In this document: piece after piece, positions 56,488 through 64,000 of the stretch
Layout of the letters: each line of letters starts with the position of its first letter
Position numbering within the stretch: the first letter of the stretch is position 1
IMG/VR virus record: IMGVR_UViG_2061766007_002263
Origin: a virus
Lineage: Duplodnaviria; Caudoviricetes
Strand: one strand, 5' to 3'
DNA: 64,000 nt
Translations under genes and position numbers: made by a program
The notes under the pieces: generated by a model
Told to the model about the DNA's origin: nothing
What the model saw: only the letters and a program-made list of their open reading frames with translations
Database searches by the model: none

Positions 56488-58764
56488 TTAGCTGTTGATA
56501 ATTACAACGTCAAGGTTTTCATTTATCTCACTGTCGAGGGTATTATTAGCCTGAATATCCTCACGGTAATCTTGTGAAGTCGTGCTCAACGTAGCATTGT
56601 GATATGTATTGTATCCGCCCTCATGCTCGAATACAAGTCCGTTGTCCGTCCATTCGCCACAATCAAGAATAGAGTTGCTGTTCAATACATAACCAGAAGT
56701 ACCCGGCATTACATGAAGCAGCTCGGTTTCATTGTTTTCGCTTCCACGGAAGATAACGCTATTGTCTTTCTGAAGACCAGTTATACCAGTGGACTTATGG
56801 AACTTAAATCCAGCAAGATGTGATGACTCACCAGCAGAAGTGTGCTCAATAAGCTCAACCGGAGAATCTACGAGAGCCGCTACAGTACCGTCATTCTTAT
56901 ATCTTGGGATGTAAAAGTTGGAACCGTTTCCAATGTCTTCCAATGTAGCAAGAGTACCAGACTGTGCGGGAAGAAGAAGGGAGATGTCGCCTTCTGTGCT
57001 CTGCTCCGGATTCTGTGCGATGCTTACGCTGAGCGGGTCACCTTCTGTTTTTCCGGCAACACCTGATGCAGCTTCTACGCCACCAGTAATCTTTACGCCA
57101 CGAGCCTCATCAAATGTAAGAAGTCCGTCGTCCGTTTCGGAAACGCCTGTTTTCTTGAGAGTTTTGTTTCCAGCTTCTTTATAGAACTCACCAACGCTTG
57201 CCGCGTTAGTATCAGAAATTAAAGCAGCGTCTTTGCTGTGGATTGTGATTGTTTCGCCGTCGTCAGCATCGAGCTGAACTTCCGAGAGTCCAGTGCTTCC
57301 ACGCTCTGCACCTTCGAACTTAATTTCACCAACTACGCTCTGGATTGTAGACTGGTCTATTACGTCCTCATCTGCCGGTGAGTTGTAATTATCTATAATT
57401 TTGATTGAAGTAATAGGTGAAGTGTTGTCAATTACGGACCACTTGCTTTGTCCTTCATATACCAACCAATCTCCACTGTTGATGAATCCTTCGCTTGACC
57501 TTACATTACTGCTTACTGTGCTTGCCGTGTCCTCAAGCTTAATCTGCGGACCTGAATAGATGAAGTAATCACCTTGTACAAGCTCGGTCTCACCGTTCGT
57601 CTTATCAGTTCCCGTAGGGAGTACAAAGTTTTCTGCCGTACCAGAATAAGTATATCCACCGGCAAATACCATTGACTGAATAAGAGTGTCCGGCAACTGT
57701 GCAAGAATAATCTTGCCATGCTCGTCCAAGTCGGCTTTGGATTCAAACAACAAGTCAAGGGCTTCTTTTACGTTGGAAACGCCACTGTCTTGTGTATCCC
57801 AATTTGTGCTGTTGTTTGTATATGAATCATTACGACTTCCAGCGGAATAGTTCAATCTCGCTGAATCATGCGTACCGCCCGCAATCTTGGTAAAGTTGAG
57901 GTTTGACAGTGTAAGTGCATTGGCTGTACTGGTAGATGATGACGTTACAGCAAGGAAATCGCCTTCCTCAAGAACAATGTCAACTGTCGGGTCGGCGGTA
58001 TCACCCATCTGAATAGTAACGTTTTTACCTGCGGCAAGCTCACCTACTGAATAATAATAACCAGCTTTGATAGAGTAAGGGCTTGCAATCAAGTCGCTTG
58101 CAAGGATGGTTGTATTCGCATTGTCTTCCGTATCATATACACGGTTGTTCGTAAGGTCAACGTCGTCAACTGCGGCGTTTTTCTTGAACTTTACACCACC
58201 AAAAGCAAGTTTATTTCTGTCAAGCTCTACAATAGCTTCCTGGAGGTTTGTTGAGCTGAGGTTGGTGTTATTCGGGTTGAATGTGAGCTCGTATGATGTT
58301 CCACCACCACCATTTCCTACGCGAATCCATCCTGGCGCGTCGTCATGGAAGGTTCCCATGTGGCGGTAAAAGATGTCATTAGCAGGACGTGGCAAAGTAT
58401 CAAGATGATAATTTTCACCTACGTAGATAGCAAGGTCACCAGCATGAAACTCCGGTGTATCTGTTCCTGTTGAGTTGTTGTTTGACGAACCGAGCTGAAT
58501 ATCCTCGGTTATATAATAAACGCCACCTTTAATCGGATTTGAAGGCAGTCCTTCACCTGGCAGTGTCGGACGGATAAAAGATAGAACGCCTTGTCCACCG
58601 ATTTTTATCGCTTCACCGTTGCATCCGGCATATAATTCATATGTCAGATTGGAACTGTCATATTTCTTACCGTGGGTATAGTCAAGAAAAAGCTCGCCGT
58701 TCAATAATGGCTCATGACCTGCACGTATCTCTAACTTACCACGAGAGATTTGTAGCTGTTGCAT
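56488..58764 (-). CDS. tail-fibre-like virion protein (paralogue of 58879-61794)
   Basis: QISRG...LLNGELF N-terminus, KADLDEHGKI..AQLP, GDWLVY...WSVIDN, NS.LDCG. Confidence 0.65.
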   Translation of the reverse strand: MQQLQISRGKLEIRAGHEPLLNGELFLDYTHGKKYDSSNLTYELYAGCNGEAIKIGGQGVLSFIRPTLPGEGLPSNPIKGGVYYITEDIQLGSSNNNSTGTDTPEFHAGDLAIYVGENYHLDTLPRPANDIFYRHMGTFHDDAPGWIRVGNGGGGTSYELTFNPNNTNLSSTNLQEAIVELDRNKLAFGGVKFKKNAAVDDVDLTNNRVYDTEDNANTTILASDLIASPYSIKAGYYYSVGELAAGKNVTIQMGDTADPTVDIVLEEGDFLAVTSSSTSTANALTLSNLNFTKIAGGTHDSARLNYSAGSRNDSYTNNSTNWDTQDSGVSNVKEALDLLFESKADLDEHGKIILAQLPDTLIQSMVFAGGYTYSGTAENFVLPTGTDKTNGETELVQGDYFIYSGPQIKLEDTASTVSSNVRSSEGFINSGDWLVYEGQSKWSVIDNTSPITSIKIIDNYNSPADEDVIDQSTIQSVVGEIKFEGAERGSTGLSEVQLDADDGETITIHSKDAALISDTNAASVGEFYKEAGNKTLKKTGVSETDDGLLTFDEARGVKITGGVEAASGVAGKTEGDPLSVSIAQNPEQSTEGDISLLLPAQSGTLATLEDIGNGSNFYIPRYKNDGTVAALVDSPVELIEHTSAGESSHLAGFKFHKSTGITGLQKDNSVIFRGSENNETELLHVMPGTSGYVLNSNSILDCGEWTDNGLVFEHEGGYNTYHNATLSTTSQDYREDIQANNTLDSEINENLDVVIINS

Positions 58765-58800
58765 ATAATATCTCCTTAAATAAATTTCAACTTTTATAAT

Positions 58801-58807
58801 AATTAGT
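58801..58807 (-). promoter_or_regulatory. phage late-type promoter motif ACTAATT
   Basis: Upstream of 58764 gene, downstream of a hairpin. Confidence 0.6.
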
Positions 58808-58878
58808 GGAAAGGAGAAAAAAACAGGTGCAAGTAACGAGTTTAAGACGGTCTATAGCCAGAAAGCTTTAATTCTGGC

Positions 58879-61794
58879 TTAAACATAAAGACCACAATCA
58901 ATTACCGAGTTATCAGTAAGCAATACACCGCTTGCTCCAGGCATTTCTACGTATACCGCTTTTTCTGGTAACGACGAATTATCTCTTGGGTTCATGTATT
59001 GTGTGCTTCTGGGGAACATAGTTCTTCCCGGAACTACATGAGTAAGGTTGGTGTCTTTATTTCCGAGAATAAGAGATTTCGTTACCATCAAGGATTTCGG
59101 TTTACTTATGAACCGTCCGTTTGCGCCTATTGCGGTTTCACCTACGATAGTGTCAGATTTGAATTCTATGTTGTCTGGCGTTCCGGTATTTTTGAATACC
59201 TTATTGTTTCCACTATCAAGCTCGAAATCGTCATAAAGCTCTTTTATGAAGTCACGGTCTCTGAGATTATAAAACTTATCGGACGATACATTTTGGCTAC
59301 CACCAAGTGTGCGAGTATCTTCGTCAACATTATGCACACCGTTGAGCAATGACTCAAAGAGCGAGTTTGAAACTTGCTCGATTTTAGAATCTATAAGTGA
59401 GATACGTGGGCTGTTTTCACCCGGAAATGTCTGAGGCTCGCCGTATATCGGAAGAATGTTCTTTGTACCATTGAACATTCTGTTGAGGTCTGTGTTATTT
59501 ACAAGTATACCTGATTCCGCAGGAAGATAGTTTGTAACATTCGAGGTAGTCTGATTGGGATGCGCAAAAATCTCGGAGAGAAGTTCTGTCTCAAGGAGCC
59601 GTCCTTCATTACTCAAATGTCCACCATTTGAAGCGTTAGGATTAAGGTTAGATTTCTGTCCTAACGTAATGTGTCTGGTTTCGATGTTGTTAACGTCGAT
59701 TACAGGCGCATGGAACTCTACGGATGCAACATCTATGTCAACATAGTTTGGAGACGATACGGTTTGATGCATATGCTCTTCGATAGAAGAGTTGTCAATG
59801 TAACCGTTACTATCATTTGCGCTTACTTTGGTCAAACGATTTTTGAGCAACGTCACGCCAGTAAGTTTTCCTACGAGTTTTGACGACTTTGTAGGAAGAT
59901 AAAAATTCGCCCCGTTTGCCTGAGCGTCGTCCGGACGTAAAGTTGCGCTGTTATATACAGTGCTTCCTTGTTCTGTAATTACGTCAAACTTGAGCCCGGT
60001 ATTTTCATTTACGTTTACGCCGTCCCGTACTACAAGCTTAGGTCTTAGATAGATATCACCATATACATATTCGTTGTAGGTATCCGAAGCATTACCAACA
60101 AACAAGTTAGAGTTCGTCTGTGTGATGTACGTATCACCGAACAACGGACTTAGATAGTTTTGTATTGTACTACGCTTTACCGTATTATTATTGCCGGTAT
60201 AAACTGGCAGGTATTTGTCAAGGTGCTCAATGTTCGGGTCCGCACCGTCATAGTCCACGAGCCTTACGCCAGCTACAGTTATTTTATTGTCTTGCTGCCA
60301 GAGAACAAGCTTATCGGAAGCTCCGAACGTAGGATTTCCGACTAGGGATACCTCAGTCGTAGTGGTAGCATAATCGGCTTTTCCGCTTGTATGAGTACCG
60401 TTTATAAAGAAATTAAGTGCGGTTAAGGAATCACTGTTATCTATGATTTCCCAACTTGCCTTGTTCGTTACGGGGTCAACCTGATATACAATCCAGTCAC
60501 CGTTATTGATTTCCTCGCATCTTGTGAACAAATCACCGACTGGTTGTGAGTCCTTGTCATAGTATTGTATATTCGTAATAACCGGCGTTGATTTTACGAT
60601 ATAGTAATCGCCAGGTTTGTTGCCACGTATAGCAGATGTTCCTTCTCCTGAGTCCTCTTCGTCACCAGCTATCTCGTCATTAGTTCTTCCGGTAGGCCAA
60701 GGATTCTGGTACGCCGGGTCATTTACGCCCTGCTCGTCCGTAACAGGATTCCATGTTCCCATGTACTGCATACCACCGATAACAGTGGAGTGCAACTGGC
60801 TTAACGGAATCTTTCCATTGCTGTCAAGCATGGCTTTATGACTTAACAGGTATGTAATGGCTTCCTGAACATTTGTAAGGTTTGCCGTTGACGACATATG
60901 CTCGCCACCGTCTTCACCAAATGTACCAATATCAGTCTGCTGCTGAACGGCAAGCGTCGGGTCAAAGTCTATCTGCTCAGCGTCTGTATACCCTGAAGGA
61001 ATAAGAGCCCACTGGTCTGTATCATTTTGCCAGATTACAAAATCACCCTTATGTGAAGTCCAAGTAGTAAGTACACCGGAATTGTTATTTCCAGTAAAGC
61101 TGAGGTTGTCTTCTACTACGAGGTATAATGAGCCGGCTGTAAGATGGTCTCTGGCAGAATCCTGATATGTCATCAATGTGGCATATGAGAAATCTCCACC
61201 GTTACCTATACGTCCACGATATTCGAGCTTGTGGTCATAAATGTCGTCAAGAGCAATCTTTACGTTTGTAATACCCGGTCTTTCCGGATGCGTATACTTT
61301 GTGTTTTTTGATAAGTTTCCAGAACCGTAAAGCTTGATGTACTGTACGTTTCTTGCCTGACCTACGTTGTCAAGCAAATCTGGTGCAATGTCATACTCCG
61401 CATGGGTTATAAGAAGGATATCATTTTTAAGGAATTCTTCGTCTTTGAATACGCCGTTCTCAGCGTCTTTGCTGAATATGAAGTAATCACCCTCACGAAC
61501 GAACGCAAACTTTATGTTAGTTATGTCCTGTTCTTCATCAATGAAGCCCCTGAATACCATTCCTTTATAAGACCTTTCACCGGCTATCGGCATTGGGTTC
61601 TCATAAGTGTTTCCAAGGGACGGCATACCTATATATAATGTACCCGTATCATACGGGAATCTTACGTCATTTCTGTATTGATTTTCAGAGTCATTTGAAT
61701 TATTTTTGGGTACCCAAAAGAGCTCAGCGCGTAAAAGGTTCTCAGGACCTTTGGCTCTCAGGCTACCTCTGGAAATTTGTATGTTAGATGCCAA
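58879..61794 (-). CDS. tail-fibre-like virion protein
   Basis: QISRG...LLRAELF, KAMLDSNGKIPLSQL...GMQYMGTWN, GDWIVY...WEIIDN, NSVIDCG. Confidence 0.65.
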   Translation of the reverse strand: MASNIQISRGSLRAKGPENLLRAELFWVPKNNSNDSENQYRNDVRFPYDTGTLYIGMPSLGNTYENPMPIAGERSYKGMVFRGFIDEEQDITNIKFAFVREGDYFIFSKDAENGVFKDEEFLKNDILLITHAEYDIAPDLLDNVGQARNVQYIKLYGSGNLSKNTKYTHPERPGITNVKIALDDIYDHKLEYRGRIGNGGDFSYATLMTYQDSARDHLTAGSLYLVVEDNLSFTGNNNSGVLTTWTSHKGDFVIWQNDTDQWALIPSGYTDAEQIDFDPTLAVQQQTDIGTFGEDGGEHMSSTANLTNVQEAITYLLSHKAMLDSNGKIPLSQLHSTVIGGMQYMGTWNPVTDEQGVNDPAYQNPWPTGRTNDEIAGDEEDSGEGTSAIRGNKPGDYYIVKSTPVITNIQYYDKDSQPVGDLFTRCEEINNGDWIVYQVDPVTNKASWEIIDNSDSLTALNFFINGTHTSGKADYATTTTEVSLVGNPTFGASDKLVLWQQDNKITVAGVRLVDYDGADPNIEHLDKYLPVYTGNNNTVKRSTIQNYLSPLFGDTYITQTNSNLFVGNASDTYNEYVYGDIYLRPKLVVRDGVNVNENTGLKFDVITEQGSTVYNSATLRPDDAQANGANFYLPTKSSKLVGKLTGVTLLKNRLTKVSANDSNGYIDNSSIEEHMHQTVSSPNYVDIDVASVEFHAPVIDVNNIETRHITLGQKSNLNPNASNGGHLSNEGRLLETELLSEIFAHPNQTTSNVTNYLPAESGILVNNTDLNRMFNGTKNILPIYGEPQTFPGENSPRISLIDSKIEQVSNSLFESLLNGVHNVDEDTRTLGGSQNVSSDKFYNLRDRDFIKELYDDFELDSGNNKVFKNTGTPDNIEFKSDTIVGETAIGANGRFISKPKSLMVTKSLILGNKDTNLTHVVPGRTMFPRSTQYMNPRDNSSLPEKAVYVEMPGASGVLLTDNSVIDCGLYV

Positions 61795-61829
61795 TTTAAT
61801 AATTCTCCTATAATACTGCTATTAGTTAG

Positions 61830-63899
61830 TTAGGTCTCGCCAAAAACTGAAATTCCGGATATTTTTATATAAGGATTGTGTTTTATTCCGAATACTATGT
61901 ATACATTACCGGAAATAATCTCCGTTCCGAAAGTACAGTACCTTTGGTTTTCATTGGAACGGTTGACTACGAGACATCCTTTAGTTTCTGTATCAAAAGG
62001 ACTCATAACGCCGTCAAAAGGTATGTTCATATTTAGCCAGTCTTCCTTTCCGTCAACTATGCACCATAAGGAGTCTATGTTTGTCAATGTAAAATCGTTA
62101 CGATTGTATTCCAAACCTTCCGCGTTATCAAACGTAAAATAGAATCCGTTTATGTTGTCTACGTTGAACTTAAATGTTACGTATCTTACGCCGTCTTCCG
62201 GTATGTCGGTATAATCCGGTCCGACATCCCAAATGTTAGTCAATCCTCTTACTACACCGTTAAGGATGTAATTCCCTCTAGGCCATTGATATTTTCCATT
62301 CAACATCTGTAGCTCGTTTGATTCTTTAAGGGACTTTCTCTGACATGCTTCGTCCCATGCCTGACCGAAGTTTTGTCTTGAAGCGTCTGGTGAAGTTACA
62401 CGTTTTGATTCGTCGCTTACGGAATCTATTCTTGTATTCCATACGGCTATAAGCTCGCCGTTTTTATCTCCGTCCAAGTTCTCGCTTGTAATGGTGATAG
62501 TCATGGTCTCAGAGTAATGGTTTTCTGGAATTACAAGCTCCATTGGGTCATTCATAACCGGTGAGAAATTAGGATAACAATCATGCGTAAGTATGTCTTC
62601 GTCCAAAATGTCATTAATTGTTATGTGACCATGCACGTCTTTCTTGAACTTCTTGAGATTTGATATCTCAGATACCAAGCTTAATGTATCACCTGCTATC
62701 ATTGCCGGAACACCGGATATGTATTTATGAGAGATATGTGCGTCTGCTATAACTGGGTTTTGTATGAATCCATTTGCGGCTTTTTCGTCTACACCTATTA
62801 TAATCGGATTCGAGCTGAACTCTTCTAAGGAAGACATCCCAAGCCCAGCAGACCATTTAACCTTGACTTGAAATACCGGGTAACTGAACGTAGGTATGTA
62901 CGGGCTAATATGTGAAATGTAGTTCAAGCTTATAGACAAGTTTATGGATTTGTAAAAATCATCTGCTACAAGCTCATTTTGATATGAGTCTACTATGCTT
63001 TCTACTTGTATTAGATTCTGGTTGTATGTACCGTTCATAAGGTTTTGAATACTTTCAGAATGTATACGATTGCTGTTGACATAGATAGAAAAATATCCCA
63101 ACCCGCTTTTATTCCAGAACTGCGGTACCTTTAATCTGAGAATCGAATCGCTCGAATAGAATACATTTATTGCCGGGTCAGTGAATGTCAGAAGCTGCCC
63201 TTTCCTTGTATTTCCAATTATCTCAAGGTCTTTGTTCTCAAATGTTTCCGGCGTATTAGGAATAAGCTTACGGATTACGTCGTTCATATCCGTAACGTTA
63301 CGGTCTACATATTCCTTTGTAACCAAGGACAAGTTCGTAGACGGCTCATATCCAGACATCATCGGTGTATGTCCGTCTGTGGTGATAATACTGTCGCCTT
63401 TTCGTCCTATGTACTTATAGAACGTTACATAGTACGGCGTTTCATATCTTTCTGGTATACCGTCGAGAAACGTTACGGTTCCGGCAACCGCGTCAACCAG
63501 CCATCTGTTCATTCCAAATGGTATGGTGTCTCCGAATGAATCTGTGATTGTTACGGTATAACCATTTCCGAACTCTGACTCTATCGAATCAGCCATAAGG
63601 TCGCATTTGAATGTGTTCTTGGAGTTTTTTACCTTAATAAGTAGAACATTCTTGTAGTATTTAAGTACCGGAATCTCAAGGTTGTCTAAAGTAATGTTAT
63701 ATTCGCCGCCATTCAGCAGAATCGGTGCGGTTTCAGGAATGTATTCAGCGTCTATCCATATAGATGCCGGGTCAACTCTTTTCTTGAGGTCATCGTTCTC
63801 CTCATACCAAGCCAGAAGTTCGTCCATATTGGCTTTATTTCTTGAGGATTTATAGGAATTCTCTATCAGAAACTTTTGATATTTGTTAAGACCACTCAT
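61830..63899 (-). CDS. virion structural protein
   Basis: 689 aa in structural cluster; W.VD..AGTVTF, FYKYIG, TKEYVD motifs seen in fibre/baseplate proteins. Confidence 0.6.
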   Translation of the reverse strand: MSGLNKYQKFLIENSYKSSRNKANMDELLAWYEENDDLKKRVDPASIWIDAEYIPETAPILLNGGEYNITLDNLEIPVLKYYKNVLLIKVKNSKNTFKCDLMADSIESEFGNGYTVTITDSFGDTIPFGMNRWLVDAVAGTVTFLDGIPERYETPYYVTFYKYIGRKGDSIITTDGHTPMMSGYEPSTNLSLVTKEYVDRNVTDMNDVIRKLIPNTPETFENKDLEIIGNTRKGQLLTFTDPAINVFYSSDSILRLKVPQFWNKSGLGYFSIYVNSNRIHSESIQNLMNGTYNQNLIQVESIVDSYQNELVADDFYKSINLSISLNYISHISPYIPTFSYPVFQVKVKWSAGLGMSSLEEFSSNPIIIGVDEKAANGFIQNPVIADAHISHKYISGVPAMIAGDTLSLVSEISNLKKFKKDVHGHITINDILDEDILTHDCYPNFSPVMNDPMELVIPENHYSETMTITITSENLDGDKNGELIAVWNTRIDSVSDESKRVTSPDASRQNFGQAWDEACQRKSLKESNELQMLNGKYQWPRGNYILNGVVRGLTNIWDVGPDYTDIPEDGVRYVTFKFNVDNINGFYFTFDNAEGLEYNRNDFTLTNIDSLWCIVDGKEDWLNMNIPFDGVMSPFDTETKGCLVVNRSNENQRYCTFGTEIISGNVYIVFGIKHNPYIKISGISVFGET

Positions 63900-63999
63900 C
63901 TATAGACTCCTTTACTGATTCAACCACGGCTCCAAGGTCAATGTCCGTCATAGTACCTACTTTTACGTAAAGATATCCGGGCAATACATCCGGATTCTT
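63886..63999 (-). CDS. C-terminal end of a gene entering from the window edge
   Basis: KNPDVLPGYLYVKVGTMTDIDLGAVVESVKESIDEWS* overlapping the next ATG; YLYVKVG echoes the C-terminus of the adjacent protein (NVYIVFG). Confidence 0.55.
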   Translation of the reverse strand, partial: KNPDVLPGYLYVKVGTMTDIDLGAVVESVKESIDEWS

Positions 64000-64000
64000 G

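Noticed and set aside
37004-63999. Diversity-generating retroelement or invertase-based fibre switching
   Set aside because: No reverse transcriptase, recombinase, or near-identical TR/VR repeat pair was seen.
1-64000. tRNA, rRNA or tmRNA genes
   Set aside because: No cloverleaf or T-loop pattern was recognised in any intergenic gap; a tRNAscan or ARAGORN run would confirm.

Overview
This is a 64-kb segment of a large (jumbo-type) contractile-tailed dsDNA phage genome. It uses the standard genetic code, and the class III ribonucleotide reductase suggests an anaerobic host. The left part holds a probable major capsid N-terminus, a convergent adenine MTase / restriction-endonuclease-like pair and the tail sheath. 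It also holds an nrdD-nrdG locus in which nrdD is split into two genes and interrupted by two ORF-less group I introns, next to a free-standing endonuclease and behind tandem NrdR-like boxes. The middle part is DNA metabolism and proteostasis: SbcC/Rad50, NUDIX, PD-(D/E)XK nucleases, a ColE2-type primase-replicase sitting on a GC-skew switch (candidate origin), an SNF2-like helicase, SSB, ClpP, a 5'-3' exonuclease and GroEL. The right part is a baseplate / tape-measure / tail-chaperone module with a candidate +1 frameshift, a 1072-aa protein with sigma-like motifs, and tail-fibre-like proteins. Two short phage promoter motifs (ACTAAWT and TTAATAT) partition structural from DNA-metabolism genes, and GATC appears strongly depleted. 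No tRNA, rRNA, CRISPR array or transposase was seen. All protein calls are motif recognition by eye, not database hits.
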